Assembly: GCA_012295275.1 (NCBI GenBank)
Contig: CM022676.1
Coordinates: 17,856,001-17,920,000, forward strand
Origin: Chrysomallon squamiferum
Lineage: Eukaryota > Animalia > Mollusca
DNA: 64,000 nucleotides
Direction: 5' to 3'
The notes below the pieces were generated by a model. That model saw nothing but the letters and a program-made list of their open reading frames with translations. It was not told the DNA's origin and did not search any database. The translations under genes and the position numbers were made by a program. Shown here piece by piece: positions 22,846 to 56,759 of the stretch (its first letter is position 1; each line of letters starts with the position of its first letter).

Positions 22846-22980
22846 CCTACAATCTAACTGGATTGTCTACTGTAACACTGAGAGAACAGACTGACTTGGT
22901 TTGTTTGGTGACTGGCTCTGACGCGAGTAGCAGTGAGTTGTACTTCATGCGTGAAGTTGATGGCAAAAATATATTGTCCT
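22846..22980 (+). pseudogene. Possible truncated orphan Ig exon (N-terminal strands only)
   Basis: An atcacag| phase-1 acceptor precedes YNLTGLSTVTLREQTDLVCLVTGSDASSSELYFMRE, which resembles Ig strands A-B-C. There is no second Cys and the frame runs into (TC)n. Confidence 0.35.
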
Positions 22981-23033
22981 TATTGCATAGTTATTGTTTT
23001 ACTTATTTAACTTCATATTTTTCTATTGCATCT

Positions 23034-23132
<99 letters not shown>

Positions 23133-23328
23133 TGTGTGCGTGTGCGTGTGAATCTCATATATAAGAATCTTATGTATAAGAAAAATAGCGGCCGGAAAAA
23201 TGGGGACATTCCGAACTAAATACTTCCCACAAAACCTGATCCAGAGTTCGATAAATCAGAACTGACCAGCGCATCTAAGCCTGAGTATGCTGATGTAAAA
23301 CAGCATGCGGTGGCCAACAGACTTCTTC

Positions 23329-23341
23329 GTTTCTAGGCAAC
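23329..23341 (+). promoter_or_regulatory. RFX X-box-like motif GTTTCTAGGCAAC in a CpG-richer block upstream of the Ig receptor
   Basis: The motif is identical in the paralogous block at 42393-42405 and degenerate at 46378-46390. Confidence 0.35.
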
Positions 23342-24030
23342 AACGTAGTCTAAACACGGAAAACTCGGCCAATATTTCATCTGTTCGAACAAACATATGT
23401 TTCAAATTTGCCGTCGATATTTCGGCCGCTTAGTTATATATGCATTTAGTTCACAACCGAAAATGGTGTTTCCTTGTCATAAATGGGTGTGTATATATAT
23501 ATAAATTTCTTACGGCTGTGAACACATTTTAACTTTCTGAAAAACAATTGAAATAATTTGCGAGTACGTCTTTTTTACACAAATACGTAAATAAAATGTT
23601 AAATATTTTTATTTGTTTCGTTTTGTTCCATCTCTGTGTCTGTCTTTCTGTTTGTCTGTGTATATCTCTAAATGTGTTTAGCTTTTGTCTATGTATAATC
23701 TCTCTGTCGGCCTGGTTTTTTTTTTTCTATAGACATTTTCAATCTGTAAATATACTGACACACAGATCTGTAATGTCGACTGACAATGAACAGCGTTTCT
23801 TAAAAAACTATGAAAAGATAAAGTACGATTTAATAACAGTCATTATAAAATATTGATATTAATGCGTTGATCGTGTTCTATCGTGTTCTGAAATTCGAAC
23901 TATTTTTTTATTTTTTTTTGTTAAAGCGTCATTCAAGTAAAACTTATACCTTTATCATATTAACACGAATGATCTATTCTCACCACAACTTTACAAATAC
24001 AGTTCTAGGGAGTGTCCTTTAGTTACTAGA

Positions 24031-24412
<382 letters not shown>

Positions 24413-25229
24413 CTGTATCTGTCACTATATCACTCTGTTTTTCGTAGTCTCTCCTTTTCTCTGGCTGTCTCTGTCTCTTTATAAACAAATAAATATCGCT
24501 GTCTTCATACTGCAAAGAGAACATGGCCCTCCACTTGTAGGTAAAGCTAGAACCGCTCTAAATTGTAAACACACTCGAGGTAGCAAGAATCTTTATAACG
24601 GGCTTTCTTTTGAATGTATTATTCTTTATTGACATATCTTAATAACGTGTTCTTAAACGTTTAGAGTTGAACATAATGGTAGCTGTTTAATGTGCCAGAT
24701 CCTCTCAGTCAAACATTCTGTATTTTGTTACATTCGTTCAAGTGAGCCGACAACTTGTATGATCGTTCTTGTTTTTGTGGTTATTTGAAATTTTTAAAAT
24801 CTCTTTGAACGCCTGAAGTATTAAACTAACATAGTTCACCAAAGTGAGTAGACATATACTTTATTTATTATTTATTTATTTATTTAAGTATTCGATCTTA
24901 GTTTCTGCCGTTTTTGTTTGCTTCAAATGTGTTTATTTAATTAGTATTGGTTTCTTCATTTAGAATAATTATAACCTTCATTGATAAGAATCTTGAGATA
25001 GCCGTAGTTGTTGTTATCACTGTTGTTCTTGTTGTTATTTTATCATCAACAAAATTCATTAGATTTAATAACGCAACATATATACTTGACTATCCTCCAA
25101 TTATACATCCACTTGTTTATGTTGATGATTATTATATATAACACACACTATCGTATAAAACTCTATGGTTATGAACCAAACGACTTCAAGTATATAAACT
25201 ACTAAAATTATTATTTACTTTCAGACACC

Positions 25230-34339
<9,110 letters not shown>

Positions 34340-35060
34340 ATCAGGTGAAGTGAACATTTTATATTAATAACTTGTTGGTCATCCTAGCGACATTACCAAA
34401 TTTAGAAATAGCTTTATCATTACAGCAACCGTTAGTAGTAGTTGTAGTAGTAATATAAGTTATAGTAGTGTAGTAGTAGTAGGAGCACCAATAGAATAAG
34501 TAGAAATGTTGATGGTAATGATCGTAGTGGTAGCAGAAGAAGTTCTACCAGCAATAATAATGATAACATTCACAGCAGCAGCATAATTGTCTTGGTGACA
34601 GAGGCAGTTTTGGTTGCTGTGGAAATTATAGAACTAATATGGCAGTTGTTGTAGATGTACCTTTTTTAATTCTATAAGTGATTGTTGTAGTTGTAGTTGT
34701 ACTTATTGTAGTTCTACAAGTGATTGTTGTAGTGGTAGTCGTAGGAGTAATTTGTTTTATGCACGTTCGTGGAATGCTCACCGTCTTCCATCTGACCTAA
34801 TATCTTTAATATTTCCACAAAATACTGTATTTATTTATTTATTTATTTATATATTTGTTTGTTTATTTATTCGATTTGATTTGATTTGATTTGATGTGAT
34901 TGTCTGTTTGTTTGTTTCAGGTTAAAATCAACATTAAAAGAAAAGTACATGATTGTAATATTATTATATGTTAACATTTCTGTGTCAAGAAGGATCTTCA
35001 CGTGGACATTCTCTGACATTTCTTATCTTTATGTCCATGGAATCAACGTGAATTTCAAAA

Positions 35061-35173
<113 letters not shown>

Positions 35174-36054
35174 ATACAACAAAGGCAACAACATAGAGGT
35201 ATGTTTGCTCGTGGGATCTTAGCACTTTTATGTTTGTTACAGGCGAGACGTAGGAATTACTTTCTGTTTCTCAAGGGTGACGCGGTTCAGAGAAATTAGT
35301 CTGGCACAGGTTTAAATAGAAAGAAAAACAAATAGTTTAACTTTATTTATTTATTTGTTGTGGTGAATTGTTATAGCTGTATATTTTACTAAGAGTTAAT
35401 GAAAACATTCTAGTCTGGTGTTTTAACATAATTTAACACTAGATATGTTAAAAAGTTAACTGGCATGTATAACACACTACTCTCAATGTGTTCAGCTTTT
35501 CTCGTTTTTTTTATCTTTCTGACAATGAATTCAAAAACTATAAACAATGAAGTTCTTAGCTGTGGATTTTAGTTTTCTAAAACATATTTCCCATCATACC
35601 TCTGTAAAAAACAAATATTGATTTCACATGATCTCTATCAGTAAGGACACACTGGGTATTCGGAGACACTTCATCGGGGGAACCCCACCTGTAAGTAAAT
35701 TATATTAAGTTTATTATTTATTAAACATAAACTTAGCAACTGTTTGTTTATTTAATTATATATGTCATGTAAATAAACGAAAATCAGATAAATAAATAAA
35801 TTTGTATATTTGTATCATTAATTTTTATTTGTTTTATTTTTGGATTTCATTTGTGTTTAAAATGTAAACAGATGAATTATATACAAATAATTGTTCAAGT
35901 ATATGTGTTTGTGTATATATATATATATATATATAAAACAAAATATATATTAATATATAATAATACGCAAAGCTGTAAAATAATAACTGATGTTTTGAGA
36001 CAGGATCCCAGGCTAGCTCGTATATGCGTAGTTTAGGTCTGTAGTCTGTTCACA

Positions 36055-36100
<46 letters not shown>

Positions 36101-36350
36101 TGTGCGTGTGGTCGTTATCATGGCTAGGGGATTATAAGACTATGACAATGATTGGCAAATTTTAAATTGTGACAGTAATATATATATATAGACACAAGAT
36201 AAATAACATCTCGTAATAAATAATGTCTCGTAATAATATGAAAAAATAGAATCGGAACTAAATTATTTACGTTTTTGTGGAAACGTCAGTTAAAACAATT
36301 AAAGTCGGGAGAATCAAGTTATTGCGTTAATATGTGTGTGTGAGTGTGTG

Positions 36351-36415
<65 letters not shown>

Positions 36416-36571
36416 AACAGTTTACTGATTACACTGCCTATTGACGGTAAAATAACAAAAATAAAAGTATCTTAACAGACGCCGTCCAATTTATGTCCAT
36501 CAAACGGAACCGCTGCTATAGGCAACGTCCGTCTTGTCACTTCCCGGATCAGAGCATGAATTTCAAATTCG

Positions 36572-36880
36572 CCTCAACCTCGTATCAACTCTCGTATCAA
36601 CCGTCGCCTCAACTCTCGTCTCAACTCTCGTCTCAACTCTCGTCTCAACTCTCGTCTCAACCTCGTCTCAACTCTCGTCTCAACCTCGTCTCAACCTGGT
36701 CTCAATTCTCGTCTCAACTTCGTCTCAACCTCGTCTCAACCTCGTCTCAACTCTGGTCTCAACCTCGTCTCAACCCTCGTCTCAACCCTCGTCTCAACTC
36801 TCGTCTCAACCCTCGTCTCAACCCTCTTCTCAACTCTCGTCTCAACTCTCGTCTCAACCTTCTCAACCCTCGTCTCAACC
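36572..36880. repeat. Minisatellite with an 11-12 bp unit (C/T)CTCGTCTCAAC
   Basis: More than 20 contiguous copies without spacers. Confidence 0.95.
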
Positions 36881-37199
36881 GAGGAATCAAAGACAAAAAC
36901 AAAGACACGCGTGTTGACAAATCTCAAAGCTGTCTTAGTTTATCAGTCAAAACTGGTTGTATCCTAGCCGGTAGTTAATGTAATGTTTCGTAATGTAACT
37001 ACGAAATTTAAAAATAATAATAATAATAATAATAATAAAACAAATAAAAAATGCCTTTAAAGGTTCCACATGACATTTTTTCAAGTAAAAGGGCATTAAT
37101 GATGGTCAAACAGAACTTTAATTATGTGCATATATCGAAATTTAAATGCAGTTTATTTACTGATTATAATCATTAATACATGAGTATTTAATATCTGTC

Positions 37200-48430
<11,231 letters not shown>

Positions 48431-48942
48431 TGTATTATGTCAGTTATTAAACGAGTAATTAATAGCTATTTTTCGCCCAGGAGGAACCTGTTCTCATTTC
48501 TGTACATATCTACAGTATACAATCTTTTATACAGATACATACATACATACATTTATATATATATATGTGTGTGTGTGTGCACATATAATTGTTGTTCTTA
48601 TTATTTTCGTACTGACAGGTCGTTGGTTGAATTCACTACACATTCTGTAAAAGTTGTGGTCTGTACTGTACTGTATGTAACAAGATATGTTAAAACACTC
48701 TTTAACTGATACAATAAAATATAACAAAGTTTAATTGTATTATACTATTACACCATCAAAATTATTAGGATCGAATACAAGAACAGTTTTAAGTTAATTT
48801 TATACATTGATTTATATTTACTTTATTCTTTTTCTTTTCAATCTTTTGATATGTGATCCTTTCAGTCAATATTCATTCATCTGTTCATGCATTAATCAGT
48901 TAAATTAAATAGATATGTTTATTTAATATTTGTTATTACTAC

Positions 48943-49025
<83 letters not shown>

Positions 49026-50794
49026 CTATTTTATAACACAGATGTAAACAATGCAACCTAATAAGACTACATTATTTTTTATTTACTTATATATCTATTT
49101 ATTTATTATTTATTTATTTAGCTATTTTTTTATTTATATTCTTATATAAATATATTTTTTAATTATTGGGGATCAGTGTTATGGTTGCACTGTGTGAAAT
49201 AAATTAATGGTACATTTAATCATAGGTTTAGGTGGAGAAATGTAGAGTTGATGCCCCACATAACTGATATCAGAAATGTTCTATTTAAAGTTAGATTTAA
49301 ATCAGGGCTGGTGTTAGTTTTGATTTAAGATGAAAACGAATAGTGTCCTGGAGTAATAAAACGTCGTTTAAAAATGTTATGAATAAGCATTAGCCTCTAC
49401 GACTCATCGATCTCTGAAATAAGTGAAATTTGATGTTGAGAGAGAAACCTCTTTGTAACACCCGTGAAAGTAAATCAAAACCCTATACTACCCTGTATTG
49501 CCATCCTCTTACTACCCTCTTTGTGGCCTCCATGTTCAATTTTCTACGCCATTTCTGGCATCCTATAGCACCATCTATACTATCAGTAAATATTTTAATA
49601 TCGAGCCAGAGAATATGAAAAATATTACATAATAATGATAATAATAACAACAACAATAATAATAATAATAATAATAATAAAGATAGAATAATAATATAAA
49701 GTGTCTTCCCTCCTTTCCTTCTTTTACGCCCTTCTTTGTTTTTTGTTTCCTTCCGTACTTTCTTTCTTCCTTTGTCCCTGCCTTCTTGTTTAACTTCCTT
49801 GTTGCTCTATCAGCCGTTCCAACCAGTGTATAAAATGTTATAGCATTTGATTTCACCTACAATGAGAAACATAAAAAACATTATCGCTGTATTACTATAC
49901 GTTTGACCAACTGACCATTATGTTGTAATTATTTCAAGTATATTTAAATGTTCTATTTGCTTCGATACAACAGAGAAATAGGATCTCTTAACTCGAACTA
50001 CATAGGATACTGATTTCTATATTTATCTTCACATAAACTACCCGAGAAGGCTACTGCAGTAATAAATCCACAGAAGTTTAATCAAAGTAACGTAAACGTG
50101 ATTGAGATTGTCTAGTGAGTGAAGACACTGCTCGAATGTGGTGCTCTCTCAAATATGGAGGAAAGTAACGCTGAGCCACGATCTCGGAAGTCGATAATTG
50201 ATTATTCTCTCCTTATCTTAACGGTAAAGACTTACATTTTTGTAAACACCAGAATCCCTTAAAGTTAAAGACGTTTGTTTTATACGACCACTAACTTAAC
50301 GTTGACCAGTGTATTTTAATTGTTTGCTGATAAAGCCTGTTTAGTATAATGCAGTTATCTTCTCGGGGTCAGATTTTGGGAGATATTTTTTGTTTCCAAT
50401 AACTCTTGAACAATGAATAATATAAACATAAAAATAAATGAATACAATAAAATAAATAAGTAAATACAAAATAAATAACTAAATAAAATAAGAAAATAAT
50501 ATAAAACTAATATCATATTTTTAATTATAAGAACTATCGTGGACGACATTTAAATGACATAGTCTTACTTTATCAGTACGAAAGATATCAGTTTCATTAC
50601 TGTTTCATCATCTGAATTTTGTTGAACTAATAAAAAATAGATTAATTACTAGATGTTTAACTAGTCTTATGAAAAAAGTCTAAGATTTATAATGTCAGTT
50701 ATAAAATTGCCTGGTATAATGACGTTCGCATTCTGAAGTAATGTATTTTTACAAAATGAAAACATTTTTCTTTTGTAAGAAATGTTTCTTCTCA

Positions 50795-51545
50795 GGCGGG
50801 ATGAAATACTTTTGGTTGCAATTTAACAGATATACTGTACTTGAAACCGTTTTTAAACACAAACGTAATTTTGGGCAGAAATATGTACCAAAAAGCACAA
50901 ATTTCTAACATCAAATGTATGTTGTTCATAAGAAAATCACATATACAAGGAATGTTTATAGTGAGATGCAATTAAAAACACCATCACTACTGCTGTGTGT
51001 TGTATATTAGCAGGGTTTTGTGATTTACAGGGTTTTGTGATTTACAGGGTTTGTGATTTTGATTTACAGGGTTTGTGATTTACAGGGTTTGTGATTTCCT
51101 GCTACACTAGTTTATACACAAATCTCGGTTAGTCCAAGGTTCTTTTTTGCCGAGTGCTTGGTACGTGTGTGTTTTTTTTTCTGTGATGAAATAATTTAAA
51201 ACAGTTTATCTATTTATTGTCTATTCTTTTAAAATTAACTATTGATCAGTGTTGGTGAAACCTAAGGCAAGCTAATATATATGTGTATATGTTTGTATGC
51301 ATGTATGCATTGTTTGTGTGTGTGTATACACACACACATATATATACTCATAAATATACATATACTATTACTCAATGGTTGCAGAAAAGAAACAAATAAA
51401 TAAATAAATAACAAAAAGTAAATAATAATACCTGATACATTTATTTCTATATCGTTGTAATTCACCTGATTACATTTTAAACAAAAACACAAAAATAAAC
51501 GAAGTCAAAATTCATAATAAAAATAAAAATGTATTTATCTGTGTT
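50795..51545 (-). repeat. Inverted copy of the BTB copy 1 downstream flank (7490-8206)
   Basis: Direct reverse-complement match; it carries more tandem units than the + copy. Confidence 0.88.
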
Positions 51546-52828
51546 ACATTTGTTTAAATTACTGCAAAGATAATTTAATAATTGTTTTTAAAACGAATGT
51601 TTAAAATTTGTTTTTGATATTTATAGAAGCTCAATTAATGTATTGCAATAATACCATGTACTGGAGGTATACAGGGCACAGGAGGGTAAGGAATAAAGTA
51701 ATAATGATGACTGAGGAAGAAGGAAACAAGACAAGGTTTCAAATCAAAGAAATTTAATAACAGACACAGTGACACAGAAAGATTAAATATAAAAACTATT
51801 GTAAGACTGACATCTCGAAACAGGACAAATTGATCAAAGTTTATGGTGACTAATGAGACTGAATAAACCATCAGTTCATTTTACTGATATATTTTAGAAA
51901 AACGGAATCATTCTTGTACATTTACTACTTCTTTGCTGCCATCTACACCAGCGACACAAAACTGTGTGACAAGGTTAAGAGAATGAGAAAAACAAATCTC
52001 ATGAGTATTATCAAATATTTTTTGAACTGAAATTGAGAAAACAACATATAAATAAAGTAATACAGAACATCAGATAAACATTTTTGTAATATTTTTACAC
52101 TCATTAATACATACTTGACCACGGACAGTAACATCAAGGACATTTCAGTATTGTTGCCTTATAAAACACCCCACTTCTTAGGGATGGTTCTGTATATAAA
52201 ACAGCTGATCCATAAATCATTTAAGAGATTCTTCAGTTCTAATTATATAACTGGAAAGTAATATTTAAACAAAAGCAATTAACTTCACTTTGGCAGTTTC
52301 TTCTTAAGTTCAGTTGTTTTGTGACAGGGCTTCTATTGTCTCTCATAGAAACACATTAACATCTAGAAGATTCCCTGATAGAAATGATGAAGAAATATCC
52401 TTAAAAAAATACTAGCATATGAAAATTAACATAAATATAAAGTGGAATATGGTAAATTTGGTCTTCAGTAATACTGACCCATTGTTACAGGATGCATATA
52501 AATACTATTACTTTTGTCAGTTACAAATACTAGGGTACAAAAAAACAAAAAAAAAAACAATTAAAATATGGAAAAAATTGACCATTTTATATATTCTTTT
52601 ATTTGTATCACATATACATTTATAAACAGTTTATAATGTAGTAAAACCTCTATACATGAATGAATGTGACTGACTCAGGTTTGTTTATACTTACCTACAT
52701 GTCATTTGTAAGCTGTGTCTATGACAAAACATTTTTAGCAAATTTGCTTTGTATTCATTTTAAACTGGGAAGTAAAATAACAGTATATGACAACTTAACA
52801 TAATCCATGCAATATTAAATCAGAATAT

Positions 52829-53106
52829 GGTTATCTAAATAAAGGTTATGGTCTCTTGGGTGATAAAGGTTTTGACATTAAAAAGGAAGATGAAGAAACA
52901 GAATTTAGATTAAATATTCCACCATTTGCAAGATGAGGATCAGAAATGAGTGAGAAGACATAGTGTACATGTTGAAAGAGTTATCAGACTCATAAAAGTA
53001 TTTAAAATATCAAGTGGTAAATTTTATTTGTGTGTGATGTCTTCTGTTGATCAAACATGATATGTGCGTTCATTTCTAACACATTTTATGTCACCGTGTA
53101 TTAAAA
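52829..53106 (+). pseudogene. C-terminal relic of a Harbinger/ISL2EU-type (DDE_Tnp_4) transposase
   Basis: Hand translation gives GYLNKGYGLLGDKGFDI..RLNIPPFAR*, then VHVERVIRLIKVFKI and VDQT*YVRSFLTHFMSPCIK. These match the ADKGF..LNIPPF..RIHVERAI family motifs, with stops and a deletion. Confidence 0.7.
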
Positions 53107-54024
53107 TAAAGTAAATTTATTACAACTTGAAAGCCTTACATGTGTTCAAAGTCCACTGCCTGATGGAACATTCCCAACATGTGTGTCCACTGTCTTTTCA
53201 CAGATGTTTTTTCAATTAGCTAATGGGTGATCCATGTAGACTTTTGAGATTATCAAGATCTTCACTTTTAACTTTGACTTTCCTGTAAAAAGACAGTTTA
53301 CTTATGATAATCATTATAAAAATTGAAATGAGTAAAAAACAACAACATTTTTAGTAAATGATAAAATTTCAAAATGATATGACATACCATATTATGATAA
53401 ATTATATCTGAACTGATATTTTACTGCTGTGAACTTATTATACATAGTGTGAACTGTATTTGAATAATGAATTGTTTGAATTTAACTTTTATTGTTTCAC
53501 TATATGTGTATAGAATTTCATCAGTTTGATGTTTGTTCCATTTGGTTTATGTATTTATTTGTATCTGTTTTTGTGTTTCTTTCTTGCTGGTTAACAGAAC
53601 TCATCACAAGACAACAAAATAGGTTTTTTAATTTATACACAAACACTGTCATTAATACTATAAAATGTCTATTTTGAAAAGTACACAAATAAATGTACTA
53701 TACCTGCAGTCTGTCAGTGTATTCTGCATTGGTCTTTTCTTTCAGTCTGGCTTTGGGTTGACAAATGTTATATGGGCACATCTGTAGCTGGGATCTTCAG
53801 AACTCTTGGCACATTGCACTGCTCTGGAAGTAACACTGAAGAAAGTTGACTGGAAACTTCAATAAGATATTTATTTTAGTCTACATGTGTTTGGGTGTTG
53901 TGAAGTGTATTAATTGTAAGAACTGCGGTACTGACAGGTACATGTCAGACCTGCACAGTGTAGACTACCAGCCCAACCCAGCATAGATATATTACAACTA
54001 TTTATACCTTTCTCTTCTCTTTTC

Positions 54025-54068
<44 letters not shown>

Positions 54069-54946
54069 GTAGTATATCCACGCACACAAGTAACAGTATG
54101 GCTGAAGAAAATGAAACGTGAGACAAATATGTCGTAACAGACGTAGAAATAGTGAAAATGTGATCTGGGTTGACAGATGAACATTTTGTTGGTTTTACAG
54201 ACATTGAGTTTATAGACGATTATCCTGAAAATACTGAACAAAACGAAAATGAGACACACAACAAGAAACGGAAATTTGAAACATCGATGAAGAAACAAAA
54301 GTAAAAGAAGATTAGATTGAAGAAGAATGCAGTAAAGAGGAAAGGAAAATGAAGAAAAGTCAGGAGTATGAAACTAACGAGGAGGCGAAAACAAGTGAAA
54401 TACCGAGCAGAAAATCTGAAAAGATGTAACATACACGTAAATGTGCATTTATTTCAAACACAAAGTGCTGAGGAATACAGGAACAAAGCTTAAATAAATG
54501 AAAGCAGACAAAGTAAAGACGAAACACACGAATCTGACATTGGCGTCTCAACCCTGAACACAGAAACGGACGTTGACAGCAACGTCGATATTACAAATTT
54601 AAAAATAAAAATAATAAATATTCTGAAATGGAATCAGTTTAAATAAAGAATTTAATCATAGTCTATCAGATAAGCATACAGCTCTGACGAAACAGAACTC
54701 TTTACACAAATCTTTACACGCCTGTTAAAAATAAGAATAATAAATATTCTGAATTTGAACCAGTTGACGAAACAGAACTCTGCAGAGTTTGAAAGAAACG
54801 AAACAGCAAACAGATATCTAGATAAAACATCGGACTTGTAAACACAGGTAAACAAGATGAAACACAATTCAGTATCTGCAAATGAAACATCAGATCATTG
54901 CCATGAGCCGAGATCAGAAACATACACACAAGATGAGAGAGTGAAA

Positions 54947-55183
54947 CAGAGTTCAGTGTATGGACAGTGTGAAATATCTGATGACTGTTCCAGTGATAGC
55001 TCAGAGTTCAGTGTGTGGAGAGTGTGAAATATCTGATGACTGTTCCAGTGATAGCTCAGACAGAGATCAGTGTGTGGACAGTGTGAAATATCTGATGACT
55101 GTTCCACTGATAGCTCAAACAGAGTTCAGTGTGTGGACAGTGTGAAATATCTGATGACTGTCCCAGTGATAGCTCAAACAGAG
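54947..55183. repeat. Tandem repeat, 4 copies of 55-59 bp
   Basis: CAGAGTTCAGTGTGTGGACAGTGTGAAATATCTGATGACTGTTCCAGTGATAGCT starts at 54947, 55002, 55061 and 55120. Confidence 0.92.
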
Positions 55184-56710
55184 AGGACAATAAACTGAAA
55201 ACAAATATGTCAGATTCAGATGATGTACAGGACAATTCAGAAATCACTTTAAGTTCAAACTTACCTGTTCACAGTGAGATATAGCCCTTTTCTTTCTAAT
55301 ACCTCTGATGTATAAGATCATTTTACTTTTTCACTTTTTAGTGTGTTGTTTGATCACACGCTCTATCAATATCTGAACCAAACTGATTTCAGAACTGAAC
55401 GTTACGTGTTGACATCACATACATGAATATATGTATGAGAATCTTTACAGTTGTCTTCAGTTTCAATTATTTGGTTAAATGACTGGCTGGGACTCTCACC
55501 TAGAAATTTCTAAGCTGTTAAAAGCGTGTATTTGTGTCAGTTACTTTTTAAATCACCTACTAATTCCACTAAATAAATGCATTGCTTTTTCGAAGTTAAA
55601 ATTATGAGTCAGGTTCTGTTTAACTGTATTATATCATTTAATTTTTTATGCCTATCTGTGATCTTCTGCTTATAGTGACATTACAGAATTATTTATTTAT
55701 TTATTTATATTCTGATTTGTTTTTGGGGGGTTGTTGTTTTCTTGTTTTGAGGAAAGCTAATTTTCCAAAAATGATTCATCATTTTGTGCAGTGTTTGGGG
55801 AATTCAGTGACTAATTAATGGTGATTATGTTTTAGTGTGATAAAGTGTTATCTTGTGAGCTGTAAATTGTCTGTATGTATGTGTTCACACACAGACACAC
55901 GCACTCACACACACAAATACACGTGTAATCTTGTCTCATTACTCGATTTTTATATTTATTATACTTATATTTCTGACTGTTTGCACTGTATTCTTTTATA
56001 TCTGTTTGTCATGCTATTATTTCGAAAAAAAAAATATTCAAAATAAATTTGATTTGATTTGTATTTCTATATAACTAAACTATACATGTTTATTCTGTCA
56101 GTATTCGAAATTTCATTAAGAGTAGTTCGGCCATTTCCGTAACATGCAATGACACAAAGAATTAATATGGCTGTGTTTGTTTGTAATAGAGCGTTCTGTA
56201 ACTGTGATATATGTGTGTATGTCTGTTTGCGCATGCCTGTTTGTCTACACACACACTCATACACACTCCTGTCACCTTGTCGGATACACAATACAGTATA
56301 ACTTAGTAGTAATGACAGAACTAACCAGTAATACTAACTAACTATTTAATAAAACTAACAGCGATTGTTGTGTTCGTCAACAAAAGAGATATTAGAAGAA
56401 ACGTGTTGGAAGAAAACTCTGGTATCAAGCTGCGCGCTGTTTAAGATGTGACAGCGATACTGGGAGTACGTCTTGTGATCCAAGTTTGAATTTCTGCTCC
56501 TCTCCACTGACACCTCGTGTCTTGTTGAAATGTTTCTCCAGGTGAATCATAGTTTAGGTAAATGAAGAGATTATATATGAACTGATATTCAGATGTTCAT
56601 GGACTATACATGTCTGTTGATAGAGAGAATTATTTACATTCACACCCGTCTCAACATAATACAATGGTTTACCTCGTGTGATAATGTATTATTCGTTTCT
56701 GATCTTTCCA

Positions 56711-56759
<49 letters not shown>

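Noticed and set aside
36572-36880. CRISPR-like or coding (SSQL/STLV repeat ORF) reading of the 12-bp array
   Set aside because: No unique spacers, no cas genes and a eukaryotic context; the ORFs in several frames arise from the periodicity.
54098-54950. Charged, lysine-rich decayed reading frame (MAEENET*..KKRKFE..KYRAENLKR)
   Set aside because: Multiple stops and no recognisable motif; possibly a TE ORF relic, but I cannot assign it.
54947-55183. 55-59 bp repeats as a CRISPR array or protein repeat
   Set aside because: Units are contiguous without spacers and their lengths are not multiples of 3.
56415-56545. Possible tRNA-derived SINE head (degenerate B-box-like AAGTTTGAATTTC)
   Set aside because: Too degenerate; no cloverleaf, clear A box or TSD.
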